From sequence record OR352956.1: a stretch of DNA of 64,000 nucleotides. One strand, given 5' to 3'. The position numbers and the translations under genes were made by a program. Positions 27,330 to 37,623 of this stretch are shown piece by piece (the stretch's first letter is position 1; the number at the start of each line of letters is the position of its first letter). The DNA comes from Escherichia phage AV126. The notes below the pieces were generated by a model. The model ran no database searches. It was not told the origin of the DNA and was given only the letters and a program-made list of their open reading frames with translations.

Positions 27330-27815
27330 TTAAAGTTTATAAATAGTCACATCGTGACCAGCTTTTACTAAAGTTTCTTTGATCATGACTTCAATGATAG
27401 CCCAATTACCTCCAGCATGACCTGCACCTATCATAGGTAGACCAATCTTATGTGCTGGCTGATCTCCTTTATCGTAATTGTGTAAGTCCATTGCCATAGC
27501 TGCAAGAGCATCATACAGCGCATCATAATCTAGTTGACGACCTTTACTATTGTATCCATAACGATACTGTCCATAAAGGTTGTATACCATAGGGTTAGGA
27601 TAATCTTCTGGTTCCCCTAAACTAAAAGAACCAAGCTTTTTCTGGTTTCCTGCTCCTGTAGCTAAATCTGCTTCGTATGCATATGGAAACGCATATTTTA
27701 TTTGTGGGGCAATGCCTGCCCCCATATTACACATACAGTTGCAACAATGAGCAATAACAGTTACTTCACCTGCTTTAGCGGCATCAATAAGATTACCTGT
27801 TTTCATTTTAAGCAT
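27330..27815 (-). CDS. macro-domain protein (ADP-ribose binding/hydrolase)
   Basis: Start re-set to ATG after RBS AAGGAG; VIAHCCNCMCNMGAGIA resembles macro VNAAN...GGGV motif. Confidence 0.7.
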   Translation of the reverse strand: MLKMKTGNLIDAAKAGEVTVIAHCCNCMCNMGAGIAPQIKYAFPYAYEADLATGAGNQKKLGSFSLGEPEDYPNPMVYNLYGQYRYGYNSKGRQLDYDALYDALAAMAMDLHNYDKGDQPAHKIGLPMIGAGHAGGNWAIIEVMIKETLVKAGHDVTIYKL

Positions 27816-27828
27816 TTTTAGCTCCTTA

Positions 27829-28656
27829 TTACAGAATGTGTTGTTTTGTGTAACGATCCAAGAATTCAAAGTTTTCAGCATACTTTGCAATCCGATTGTA
27901 GCCTTCAGCTAAACAGCCGAAGAAAAGTTGTTCCACATAGTAGTGTGGCAATTGGCTAAGAATGATTTTGAAGTCTTCATGATTTTGGCCCATAAGATAC
28001 TTAATAGGACGAACAAGGCACTGTGCATCACGTTCTTCATTAATCATTTTAACAAACGCTTCTGGTGTATTAATGTAGTTAAAATTCAGTTTAGCTTCAG
28101 TATCTGCTTGATTACCTTCGTATTTTGCAAAATACAAGAAGTAAACATCATTTTTAACTTGATTTTCATCAAGAATCTCAATCAGTTTGTCTTCATGCGT
28201 TCCGGTGATATTTACATCATCAATGAACACCAACTTCTTATCACCCCAGAATTCTTTGTTGCAGTAGAATGTATCCCCATCAATAAGTTTCTTACGACTA
28301 GCTTTATCCAAGAAGCCATAATCGTTAATATAACTAACTTTACGATGAATAATATCCAGTTCTGCTGAACGACCTTGATCATATTGTGCTTGCAACATAT
28401 TAAAGTAATTAATAAAATGATCTGTCATCATTGTTGCAGCATTATGCACATGGTTATAAGGAGAAGGAATGATAACAAATTGTTCCCCAATATGTTTCAT
28501 TGCCACTTGAGCAAAAAACTGAAGTGCCAATTCTTTACCCATACGACGCGCAGCTTGGTTACTGCCAAATTTCAATTTTGAATAATCTTTGATATCAAAA
28601 GTAGCAGTTTCCAGGTCATCAAATTTATTTGCAAAAATTTGAGTTTGATTACGCAT
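27829..28656 (-). CDS. phosphoribosyltransferase-domain protein
   Basis: 275 aa; KKLVFIDDVNITGTHE matches type I PRTase PRPP-binding motif. Confidence 0.55.
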   Translation of the reverse strand: MRNQTQIFANKFDDLETATFDIKDYSKLKFGSNQAARRMGKELALQFFAQVAMKHIGEQFVIIPSPYNHVHNAATMMTDHFINYFNMLQAQYDQGRSAELDIIHRKVSYINDYGFLDKASRKKLIDGDTFYCNKEFWGDKKLVFIDDVNITGTHEDKLIEILDENQVKNDVYFLYFAKYEGNQADTEAKLNFNYINTPEAFVKMINEERDAQCLVRPIKYLMGQNHEDFKIILSQLPHYYVEQLFFGCLAEGYNRIAKYAENFEFLDRYTKQHIL

Positions 28657-29305
28657 TTACAATTTCTCCTCTTTTAAGTTTCTCTAGTAAGTCGTTAGGG
28701 TTCTTAATATGACAGAAGTTAATCCCTATGTCAACACATTTTCCATCAAATTCTTCGCTGTCCCCAACATGTAAAATCTCTTCAGCCTTCAAAGGAATGC
28801 TTGAATATGTGGCGGTCCTAACAAAGAATCTAGGATCTGGTTTACACAACAGATGTTCGTCTGAAAAATGCATAAATTCAAAACAATTCCAACTGTCAAA
28901 CATACAAGCACGACGCAAAATATCCCCAGATATAAAATTAGTATTGCTTTTAATACTAAGATCATATTTACCAGACAAGTATAGCAAACAAACTGGCAAA
29001 TCTAAAGCAATATGTGGAGGAAATTTAAGAAACCATTGCTCACACTCAAAACGCATTTGTGCAGATTCTACAGGGGTTAAACCTATCTTTCTTCCCAACA
29101 TATTCCATGCATATGCTACACCTTCTGCACACCCATTTAGTGCAGCATTATCCATAATTTCTTTGGCATCTTTATAGGCTTCTTTTGCGGCACGTTCAGA
29201 CATTCTACCATATGTGGCAATAGTGTGCGTACGTGCATCTGCATAGTTTTGATTGGCAGAAATAAGAGTATTCCATACATCAAAAGAGATATGTTTTATT
29301 GTCAT
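28649..29305 (-). CDS. HAD-superfamily hydrolase (putative)
   Basis: Start re-set to MTIKHISFDVWNTL (HAD motif I-like); C-terminal HVGDSEEFD (motif IV-like). Confidence 0.5.
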   Translation of the reverse strand: MTIKHISFDVWNTLISANQNYADARTHTIATYGRMSERAAKEAYKDAKEIMDNAALNGCAEGVAYAWNMLGRKIGLTPVESAQMRFECEQWFLKFPPHIALDLPVCLLYLSGKYDLSIKSNTNFISGDILRRACMFDSWNCFEFMHFSDEHLLCKPDPRFFVRTATYSSIPLKAEEILHVGDSEEFDGKCVDIGINFCHIKNPNDLLEKLKRGEIVNA

Positions 29306-29306
29306 A

Positions 29307-29912
29307 TTAGGCCCACCATGCATCAAGATTTAAGTTACTATCTACCACAACTTGTTCTATGTGGTAGCCTTTTATCTGTATCCCACTGTTTAAGAGCATA
29401 TCATATGCTTCATTGAAACGCAACTTATCTTCTGCGGAATATAAGCGAGCATTATAAAATCGGTAATCAATTTCTTCAACATTAGAAGAAATACGGAAGA
29501 AGTTTGTTTCTACTTCAGGATCACTTGCTGAAGTCTTAATGTGAACTTCTCCATAATTTTCTTTACTTAGATCCATGAAAAGAACACAGGCAACATGTTT
29601 AAACATTCGTTCCAGTTTGTAACGAACAACATTGAAACCTGCATTCTCAAGTTTCTCTACACATTGCAACATTAACGTAGTGTCGAGATCGCTTTGATAC
29701 TTTGTTAACATACGATCACGTTGAGACTTTGTATCCCGATGTAAATCAATTGTTGTGCATTTGGCACCAATGATCTTAGCTGCTTTCATCAACTCTTCAG
29801 AACTAACGTTAGATAAAGTAAGATGAAAATGGGCTTTCCACACTTTTTTAGCAGGAATGCCAAAAGATTTATCCCCGCTATTTGGCATGTTAACTACTAC
29901 ACTATGTTGCAT
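29307..29912 (-). CDS. hypothetical protein
   Basis: 201-aa ORF; HFHLTL is a possible H-x-T-x motif, unverified. Confidence 0.45.
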   Translation of the reverse strand: MQHSVVVNMPNSGDKSFGIPAKKVWKAHFHLTLSNVSSEELMKAAKIIGAKCTTIDLHRDTKSQRDRMLTKYQSDLDTTLMLQCVEKLENAGFNVVRYKLERMFKHVACVLFMDLSKENYGEVHIKTSASDPEVETNFFRISSNVEEIDYRFYNARLYSAEDKLRFNEAYDMLLNSGIQIKGYHIEQVVVDSNLNLDAWWA

Positions 29913-29927
29913 TACTTATCTCCTCAC

Positions 29928-30119
29928 TTAAAATGGAAGTCTTTGAAGTTCATCTCCTCCGATATCAAGTAATTTAGCAACATCTCGATCAGAAAGCAAC
30001 TCTTTTCTTTGTAAAATATCTACAAGGGTTGCAAGAATATCCTTAACGTCCCGATCACTGTTCTTCAAAAGTTCTCCTGCCGTCCCTACCCTATCTCCTA
30101 CAGCAAAATATGTAACCAT
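29928..30119 (-). CDS. hypothetical small protein downstream of nrdG
   Basis: Start re-set to ATG after RBS AGGAGG; 63 aa. Confidence 0.4.
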   Translation of the reverse strand: MVTYFAVGDRVGTAGELLKNSDRDVKDILATLVDILQRKELLSDRDVAKLLDIGGDELQRLPF

Positions 30120-30132
30120 AAAACCTCCTAAG

Positions 30133-30603
30133 TTAATCTGATTGCCAACCACTTGCCGTTTTGGTCCATAATCTTTGATTATCTGACCCTCTGAAAGGTT
30201 TTGTAGTTGGATTGTTTATTTCATACTTTCCGTCTACAATAATGTCAACAAGATTTTTAATATACAAAGGCACTTCCTCAAAAGTATATCCTGTATACAC
30301 CATTATATCTTTGCTTGACCCATAAACGTCTCTAACCTTTTCTATAAGGTTTTTAACATTGTAAATATTCTGCGGATCTAATGGCTCTCCTCCTAAAATT
30401 GTTAAACCTTTTACAAACGGTCTTGACAAATCTTTTAAAACTTGCTCTACATTTTCGTGAGTGAACGGTTTCCCATAAGAATAAGACCAGGCTTTTTGGT
30501 TAAAACAGCCACGACAACCGTGGCTACAACCACTAACCCAGAGGGAGCACCTAACTCCCTCACCATTAATAAGATCTACAGGTTCATATCCTGCAAAATT
30601 CAA
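30133..30603 (-). CDS. nrdG: anaerobic ribonucleotide reductase activating protein (radical SAM)
   Basis: 156 aa; CSHGCRGC; N-terminus collinear with E. coli NrdG. Confidence 0.9.
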   Translation of the reverse strand: MNFAGYEPVDLINGEGVRCSLWVSGCSHGCRGCFNQKAWSYSYGKPFTHENVEQVLKDLSRPFVKGLTILGGEPLDPQNIYNVKNLIEKVRDVYGSSKDIMVYTGYTFEEVPLYIKNLVDIIVDGKYEINNPTTKPFRGSDNQRLWTKTASGWQSD

Positions 30604-32414
30604 AGATGTTTCTCCCTTTGCAAAACTTCCTGCATTTTACCTTTGTTGTAAGGCCGTGAATTAGGGGCAGAAAGATACCCTGATACACGTCTAACTACAG
30701 AAATAGTTTCTTCTTCATGGTTGCCACAATCAGGACACTCAAACCCTTTAGCCGTTGCCTTAAATTCTCCATGAAAACCACACTTAAAGCATTGATCCAC
30801 GGGCTGATTAATACCAAAATAGTGAATATGTTCATAAGCGTAGTCTACTAAAGTCTCCAAAGCTTCTAAGTTATTCTTTAAGTTTGGTGTTTCGACATAA
30901 CTTATGTTACCACCATTGCTAATCTGTGCAAAACCTGCTTCATAATCCCATTTTTCAAAAGGATTTGTTACCAACCAAACAGGTTGATGAAAAGAGTTAG
31001 TAAGATAGTCTCTTTCTACCAAACCTGGGTATTTTTCATTTAAAGCTGTTGCAAACTTATAGCACAAAGATTCTGCTGGAGTTCCATAGAGACTAAACGC
31101 CAGGTTAGATCGTTCTTTAAACACAGCACACACATCTTTCATATGTTGCAGAATGTTTTTACCAAGTTCCTTTTTATCTTTTTCTTCTGGATAAAGGATT
31201 TCCAAAGCTTCGGCAAGACCTACATAACCAATACTAATAGAAGCATAACCACCTTCAAACAAAACACCAATTTCATCATTGGCATTTAAACGCGCTAAAG
31301 CCCCTTCCATGAAAAGAATAGGGTTTTCAGATGCTTTGGTATGTCTGATACGGTTTACACGTAGCATGTGAGCATCGTAGGCTATCTCCATATGTTTATT
31401 AAGAAGATCGGTGAAAGATTCTCCTTTACTTCTCGCTTCCGCAGCAATCAGTGGCAAATTGATAGAAACTACTCCAAGGTTGAATCGTCCATCATATTTT
31501 TCTCCTTGTTCGGTGGCATAGTACGACAAAAAGGAACGACAACCCATACTCGTAACAGTACCATCTGCTGATCCCGTAACTTCTTTGTTCAAAGGAACAG
31601 AAATAAAGTCTGGATAAATACGATCAGCACAACATGCCAAAGCTTGTTGCTTAAGGTCATAGTTAGGATCACTAGGTTTCATGTTAACACCTTCTTGTAA
31701 AAAGAAAATAACTTTAGGGAATACAGGCGTTACATGATCTTTGCCTAGACCATTACTATGCACTTTAAGATAGTTAGCTGTGATCATTCTGCCAAAAACA
31801 GAGGTATCCAGACCCATACTGATTGTAATAAAAGGAGATTGTCCATTTACACTCATTAAAGTATTAACCTGATACAAGAGAGTTTGCATAGCATCATATA
31901 CATCTTGTTCGGTCATTTCCAGGGCTTCTTTCCTTGCATAACAGCCGTAGCGACGTTTGGTTATCTCCATGTTTTTAAGGAAACTAGCTTCAACATAAGG
32001 ACTAAGACCTTTATCAATGTGCGCACACGTTTGACCTCCATACTGACTGGAGGCAACAGCTTGAATGATTTGAGTTAGCACTGTAGTAGCTACCCCAATA
32101 GATTTTGGTTTTTCTATCTGTGCGGCTCCGATCTTAAAACCATTCTCTAACATATCTTGATAATTAACAAGACAACAGTTTGTAAGAGGAGAGAGCAGAT
32201 AATCCAAGTCGTGAATATGCCCAAAACCTTCTGTATGCCATTCTGACAAGTTTTTTGGCAGTATCTGTGTCATTGCCATATGTTTGCTTAAAATCCCCGC
32301 CAAGAGATCCCTATGCGTGTTAACGAGGTGGGAAGGTTTGTTTGCATTCTCTCTAGTGTATGTTTCTGAAGTGCGATCTAAAAAAGAAAAAACATCTTGG
32401 TACAAATCTTTCAT
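30600..32414 (-). CDS. nrdD: anaerobic ribonucleoside-triphosphate reductase
   Basis: 604 aa; C-terminal Zn ribbon CFKC...CPDC and glycyl-radical RVSGYL; ATGA overlap with nrdG. Confidence 0.9.
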   Translation of the reverse strand: MKDLYQDVFSFLDRTSETYTRENANKPSHLVNTHRDLLAGILSKHMAMTQILPKNLSEWHTEGFGHIHDLDYLLSPLTNCCLVNYQDMLENGFKIGAAQIEKPKSIGVATTVLTQIIQAVASSQYGGQTCAHIDKGLSPYVEASFLKNMEITKRRYGCYARKEALEMTEQDVYDAMQTLLYQVNTLMSVNGQSPFITISMGLDTSVFGRMITANYLKVHSNGLGKDHVTPVFPKVIFFLQEGVNMKPSDPNYDLKQQALACCADRIYPDFISVPLNKEVTGSADGTVTSMGCRSFLSYYATEQGEKYDGRFNLGVVSINLPLIAAEARSKGESFTDLLNKHMEIAYDAHMLRVNRIRHTKASENPILFMEGALARLNANDEIGVLFEGGYASISIGYVGLAEALEILYPEEKDKKELGKNILQHMKDVCAVFKERSNLAFSLYGTPAESLCYKFATALNEKYPGLVERDYLTNSFHQPVWLVTNPFEKWDYEAGFAQISNGGNISYVETPNLKNNLEALETLVDYAYEHIHYFGINQPVDQCFKCGFHGEFKATAKGFECPDCGNHEEETISVVRRVSGYLSAPNSRPYNKGKMQEVLQREKHL

Positions 32415-32479
32415 TATTAATCCTTATTTTGTGAGTAGAACTATTATTCTACCTCTTCCAACCGAAAAAAGCTTTGAGG

Positions 32480-32512
32480 AAAATCAAAAAAGGCGCAAAG
32501 TGCGCCTTTAAG
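32480..32512 (-). terminator. rho-independent terminator
   Basis: AAAGGCGCA-ctt-TGCGCCTTT then TTTTTGATTTT on minus strand. Confidence 0.7.
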
Positions 32513-32514
32513 TT

Positions 32515-33864
32515 TTATCGTTTGGAGAGGAATTGTCTTCCCATGATCTTACCGTTCTTTACAGCGGTCCCATCATGTCCATTATAATCCCAAGTTCCAT
32601 CGATATTACGCAAGAAGCTATCACGAACAGTGTAGGCTTTACCGTTCTCTACTTTACTTTCTTCCACAATGATCGCCATAACAAGCTTATTTTCAATTTC
32701 GGTAGTAACCGATTCTTTGATACCTTCTGTAACTTCACGATCATATTGGATATAAACTCGCTCCTCAGTCACTTGCACGTCTACCACATTTTTAAATGTG
32801 TAGGTCTGTTGTGTAGTGTAGAGGACACGAACGACACTCTTCTTACCTACTGGCGGCTTCTGACGACGCTTGCGGTAACGTGGAGACGGGTTAAGTTTAA
32901 TATAGCCTACAATATCTGATCCATCCCCAGAGTGGCTCCAATAAAGTGTCTCTGCCAACAAACCTTTTCCTTGGTCCCCATTTCGAAAAAGAACATCAAC
33001 AGGACCATCACAAGGGCGTTTACCTCCAATGTGGGCTTGGTATTTTGCTGTTCTTGGGAGAACAAAATATTCTTCAATCTGCCATTCACTATCGTATTTC
33101 TCCCATTCAAAGTGGTTGGCTTTGCATACTTCTAAAACACCATTTTTGTAACGGACTTGAACAAAGTCCTCACAAGGTTGAATACCTGTATTAGGAATAT
33201 AGGTAGGCTCTGTGTCTTCTGGTTCAAAAGTCTCTTTTTGTTGTTCCACATCTTCCACTTTTCTTACATGTTTAGTATAAAACATATCTTTAAACTCCTG
33301 TGCTTCAACCTCGACTGCAAATTCATGTTCTCTGACAGCCGGAGGCACAAGGCTTCCACACTCAAGATGTAGAGCATCCAGACCTGCCATTTTATCGTAA
33401 AAGATAACTTTTCGATACTTCTTACCGTCTTCTGGAATAGCAGGGTCTACTCGTTTAAGACGGGAAGCATCGCTTTTAGTCCAAAAACTCTTCCCTGTTG
33501 TATTATTGAAAGTAGTAATCATTTCTCCAATTTCTTCTTCAGAAAGGTTACTAGTGTCTGTGTAAACATCTTCAATTTTTAGCATTTTAGTTTTCTTAAA
33601 AATTAAATCTAGCATTGCATCTCCTGTAAAACGTAGTTCATTATCTCCTACTGTCGGCTCTCCAGTAAATTCATCGGTCCCGACTGTGTGACAGACGTAT
33701 GGAAAATTTGTGCAACCGTGTAAAAGAGCATATTGTCCTGTAAGTTTAGGATCTGTCTCTTTAGTCCAACCATATGCAATCTCAATAGCTTTGCAAAGCT
33801 TATCGAACAAGCCCCGATTGTTTGCCGCTGTTACCAAATCTTGCTTATGTGCATATACATTCAT
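32515..33864 (-). CDS. hypothetical protein
   Basis: 449-aa ORF, no motif recognised. Confidence 0.5.
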   Translation of the reverse strand: MNVYAHKQDLVTAANNRGLFDKLCKAIEIAYGWTKETDPKLTGQYALLHGCTNFPYVCHTVGTDEFTGEPTVGDNELRFTGDAMLDLIFKKTKMLKIEDVYTDTSNLSEEEIGEMITTFNNTTGKSFWTKSDASRLKRVDPAIPEDGKKYRKVIFYDKMAGLDALHLECGSLVPPAVREHEFAVEVEAQEFKDMFYTKHVRKVEDVEQQKETFEPEDTEPTYIPNTGIQPCEDFVQVRYKNGVLEVCKANHFEWEKYDSEWQIEEYFVLPRTAKYQAHIGGKRPCDGPVDVLFRNGDQGKGLLAETLYWSHSGDGSDIVGYIKLNPSPRYRKRRQKPPVGKKSVVRVLYTTQQTYTFKNVVDVQVTEERVYIQYDREVTEGIKESVTTEIENKLVMAIIVEESKVENGKAYTVRDSFLRNIDGTWDYNGHDGTAVKNGKIMGRQFLSKR

Positions 33865-34415
33865 AATAACCCTCCTCGTTTTATTGCAATAGATGCCCTA
33901 GGCTCTGCGATACCAGTGGCGTATAAATATGGATGACCTTGTGGAGAAGTTCTCATCCCAAACGAACCTAATTCTAACCCATACATATCCTCCACGTCAA
34001 GACCAATATCTGTCTCTATGATTTGAGTTTGAACTTTGTAATACGTCCAAAAGAAATAGCGCATAGTTTCGGCATATTCTTTGACGGACGCTCCTGGATA
34101 AAACTCAATAATTTCCAACTTTAAGAAAATGTTAAAGTGAGCATCATCCAACTCTTCTTCTGTTCGGTAGCAAGGTGTTAGAGCCATATAAGGATGATCT
34201 GTTGAAAATTCAAACCCATCTTTCTCCATCTGGAGGAAAGACTGCTCTGCACTGGCTACGTAGAACTTACCATTAGGATGCCCCAAGGGGCGATCCTCTT
34301 TACCTTCTGGTAATGTATATGCAAGGATATCCGCATCTACAAGATAAGGGACTTCCAACATCTCCGCAAATCGCCCGTAGTAATCAATAGCTTGAGCAAT
34401 AACAGCTACGTTCAT
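33861..34415 (-). CDS. hypothetical protein
   Basis: 184-aa ORF, ATGA-type overlap. Confidence 0.5.
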   Translation of the reverse strand: MNVAVIAQAIDYYGRFAEMLEVPYLVDADILAYTLPEGKEDRPLGHPNGKFYVASAEQSFLQMEKDGFEFSTDHPYMALTPCYRTEEELDDAHFNIFLKLEIIEFYPGASVKEYAETMRYFFWTYYKVQTQIIETDIGLDVEDMYGLELGSFGMRTSPQGHPYLYATGIAEPRASIAIKRGGLL

Positions 34416-34663
34416 GATCTTCCTCCTGTGCGGAAAGCGCGTTTAGTAATGTTGGACATAATGATTAAATCTTGTAAAGTCATATCTGGGAACTGTTGTT
34501 CTAAAACTCCCTCAACAGCCCCTATAATATCTGATAATTCCACAAGTTGCATTATTTTGCAATCCTGTTCAACAGCATCAAAAAGTTCTTCTACTTCCTC
34601 TTTAATCTTTTCTATGCTGCCATAAGGTTGTTTCTTAATGTCTGTTATGTGATACCCCGCCAT
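34412..34663 (-). CDS. hypothetical small protein (possibly MazG-like NTP pyrophosphatase fold)
   Basis: 83 aa, Glu-rich helical; tentative. Confidence 0.35.
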   Translation of the reverse strand: MAGYHITDIKKQPYGSIEKIKEEVEELFDAVEQDCKIMQLVELSDIIGAVEGVLEQQFPDMTLQDLIIMSNITKRAFRTGGRS

Positions 34664-36256
34664 TTAACGATCCTCTCTGATTTGATTAATCTTACGAGCA
34701 AGGGCAGCTATAAGCTTATCTTCTTCAGATACAGGAGCCGTGCTCTTACCTAAACGATGCATGTCTAAAATCTCTTGAACAGTCCGGTTCCATTGCAGAC
34801 ATTTAATACAACGTGTATGTGCAACATACAGAAGATTTCGTTCTGATTCTTCAAGACCTACCCACTCACCCTTCTTATCATAATTAGAAGGGAAGTCATT
34901 TGCAACAATAACCTGATCCCATTCCAAACCTTTTGATTTGTGGGCTGTAGTTAAAGTAACTTTAGCCGTTGGAGAGTTACGGTGCATACGTAAAGTGTAT
35001 GCAATATTATTAGCTTTACCAGAAACAACGATGTTTAAAAGTCGTTTTGCATCAGGATCTGATTCTGCACACTCTACAAATTCTTCCCAAGAAGTGTAAG
35101 GGAGAACTGTCTCATGCTTAACTTTGTCCAAATCACCTCTACGTAAAGCATTAACACTATCAACCATAGAAATGAAATCTTTGGTATCTACGTTAATAAT
35201 AATCTCTTCTCCGTTAGCGATTCGGTCCATAGCTTCGAGCAACAAAGTCAAATTCTTACGGAAAATAATAGTGTAAGGTTTACTATAATCTACCACATCA
35301 GAATGAAAACTTCCAGTGACAGTATCATAACCTTTGCCTACCAACGGATGCTTCAGAGGTGAGCGATCAGAAAGGATCGCATTAGCAATGTCCGCAACTT
35401 TAGGACCAAAGCGAAAACAAGCTGTCAGAGGCAACTCAACCCCATATGTAGCTGTTTGCTTCATCATGTTCTGGCTTCCACGGAACTGATAAATACTCTG
35501 AAATTCATCACCCACAACAACAATACGTTTAGCCGATTTAGCATTGCGAAGGATAGACAGGAATGCAGGGTTAACATCCTGGAATTCATCTCCAAAAATA
35601 ATATCGTATCCTAAGTCTTCTTTGCTCAATTCAAAGAGTTTCACATAGGTGTCATGAGTCATAATGGTTTCTGATTTAGGATCAATACGCTCACGCCAAA
35701 GTTGCTTCGCATATTTAACAACTTCATTAATAAGTTTTTGTTCGTTGATGTTTTTACGTTTTAAGTCTGACATGTGCACTTTAGGAAAATGTTTATGTCC
35801 GATATGTTCATCGTCAGAAAACTCATATTTAGCTAAAGTTTGTTTTACCATTAACCCGATCATTGCACGAGTCAGTAGCACTTTACCATTCTTATCGATC
35901 AAGTTCTGAATCTTGAATTTCTTGGCAATCTCACTACCAGTGCCAGCTACGTTAACATATTGACCTTCTGGACGAGATAATTTGTGTCGAAGGTTTTGTG
36001 GAAGACGCTGGTAACAGATAGAATGTAGCGTTCGGCACATAACATTGGGCGGCATTTTACGTCGAGCTTCCTCTGCCATACTTTTGTTAAATGCTAAGTA
36101 TAGAATACTATCATTTGTGCCATTAGCCAACATATACAGCGTTGACGTTTTACCTGATCCAGATTTAGCTTGAATTGTAACGAAACGATTTTCTTGATAC
36201 CCACTTTCAATAGCGTATTGTTCATCGGTAGGTGTAAAACTCAATTGTGTAGACAC
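34664..36256 (-). CDS. superfamily 1 DNA helicase (UvrD/Dda-like)
   Basis: 530 aa; Walker A AKSGSGKT; TLHSICYQ; C-terminal TTAHKSKGLEWD. Confidence 0.75.
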   Translation of the reverse strand: MSTQLSFTPTDEQYAIESGYQENRFVTIQAKSGSGKTSTLYMLANGTNDSILYLAFNKSMAEEARRKMPPNVMCRTLHSICYQRLPQNLRHKLSRPEGQYVNVAGTGSEIAKKFKIQNLIDKNGKVLLTRAMIGLMVKQTLAKYEFSDDEHIGHKHFPKVHMSDLKRKNINEQKLINEVVKYAKQLWRERIDPKSETIMTHDTYVKLFELSKEDLGYDIIFGDEFQDVNPAFLSILRNAKSAKRIVVVGDEFQSIYQFRGSQNMMKQTATYGVELPLTACFRFGPKVADIANAILSDRSPLKHPLVGKGYDTVTGSFHSDVVDYSKPYTIIFRKNLTLLLEAMDRIANGEEIIINVDTKDFISMVDSVNALRRGDLDKVKHETVLPYTSWEEFVECAESDPDAKRLLNIVVSGKANNIAYTLRMHRNSPTAKVTLTTAHKSKGLEWDQVIVANDFPSNYDKKGEWVGLEESERNLLYVAHTRCIKCLQWNRTVQEILDMHRLGKSTAPVSEEDKLIAALARKINQIREDR

Positions 36257-36270
36257 GTATTTCTCCTCTC

Positions 36271-36786
36271 TTAATAAAAACTCTTGACAATCCTCATCAT
36301 TTCCTTAGCTCTGCTGGCGTAAGGTTCTTTTAGATTAGGTGGCAAATGTGCATTAATGTATCCCATTTGTTTTTCCCATGTCCACTTATCTTTAAATCTT
36401 GGCATGGTGTCTCCTGCTAAACTGTTTTCTTTTCGTGTTTGAATAATCCAATTACATGGAAAATGCACACCACCTTTACGGAAGGGAATATAATGTCCCA
36501 ATGTGAATGCCTTATTGTTCTTTAAACGTCCAGCTAAATTAAGATTAACAATAAGACTACGAAACACGTAGTATTGATAAAGATTGTCAACAGTATATAC
36601 AGAGTAGTATGCTCTAAGTGCATTATCTCTACTAAGATTACCAACATCCAAACTGCACCAGTTTAAATTACTTGGATCGTAGTTGTGATTATCAATCCAT
36701 TCTTCTCTTTCCTCAAATTCTGCATTAACAGCAGACTGCCCTGCTGTAGATACAAAAAGAGAATTTGCATCAAAGAACATACTCAC
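36271..36786 (-). CDS. hypothetical protein
   Basis: 171-aa ORF. Confidence 0.5.
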   Translation of the reverse strand: MSMFFDANSLFVSTAGQSAVNAEFEEREEWIDNHNYDPSNLNWCSLDVGNLSRDNALRAYYSVYTVDNLYQYYVFRSLIVNLNLAGRLKNNKAFTLGHYIPFRKGGVHFPCNWIIQTRKENSLAGDTMPRFKDKWTWEKQMGYINAHLPPNLKEPYASRAKEMMRIVKSFY

Positions 36787-36793
36787 TCCCCCT

Positions 36794-37147
36794 TTAGTTT
36801 ACATCGTTTAGAGCATTACCAATCTTTAAGATAATAACATCGTTAAGAGCTTCTTCTCCATTAAGGCCAGAGAAAGCAGGAGTAACGAAAGTTACCATAT
36901 AATAATGGTCTTCTTGTAGGATTGCGATAACGCCGTCTAGTTTAACATCTCCTGTGAAACGAAAAACTTTCAACTTTTGTTCTAAAGGAAGATCTCCTTC
37001 AACATTTAAAACCATATCTCCGACACCAAACTTTTCTGCCCCGATGTAGATGTAAGCTTGGTCCTCTTTTTTATGATAATACAATGTTGCTTGTTTGTCT
37101 TGTAGTGTTGTGATACCAAACACATCTACATCAATAATATTTTTCAA
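36794..37147 (-). CDS. hypothetical protein
   Basis: 117-aa ORF. Confidence 0.5.
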   Translation of the reverse strand: MKNIIDVDVFGITTLQDKQATLYYHKKEDQAYIYIGAEKFGVGDMVLNVEGDLPLEQKLKVFRFTGDVKLDGVIAILQEDHYYMVTFVTPAFSGLNGEEALNDVIILKIGNALNDVN

Positions 37148-37260
37148 AAAATTCTCCTCTTATTTTGTGTTGACCTTATTTCACATTAACCTGTGGGATA
37201 CAGAGTTGCGAGATCTGTTTAGAACCTTACCAATCCCTGCATGACTACACCCTTCACTAT

Positions 37261-37623
37261 TTAACCTAAACACATACGTGCGATCAGACCCTGGATGAGT
37301 TTATCTGCTTCTTCACGATCATAGTCGGTATCTTCTATACCACCATCTTCGTCACGATAAACTTTACCTTCCAGGTACCCAGCATCGATCAAACCAATAA
37401 TCAAATCAAACTGCCAGCAAGAGTTACCGAAAGGGCGTTTTCCACTGAAACTGTCTTCTTCTTCCCAAAGTGTAGAGAGCAGTCGTCTGAAATATTCACG
37501 CACAGTAACAGTTCCAAGATCATCGTCTTCAAAAACAACATCTAAAGCATCTGGTTCAGCTTTCTCTACAACAGGCACATAACGTTGACCATTAATAACA
37601 ACATCTACAATCGTTTCTCTCAT
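37261..37623 (-). CDS. hypothetical protein
   Basis: 120-aa ORF. Confidence 0.5.
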   Translation of the reverse strand: MRETIVDVVINGQRYVPVVEKAEPDALDVVFEDDDLGTVTVREYFRRLLSTLWEEEDSFSGKRPFGNSCWQFDLIIGLIDAGYLEGKVYRDEDGGIEDTDYDREEADKLIQGLIARMCLG

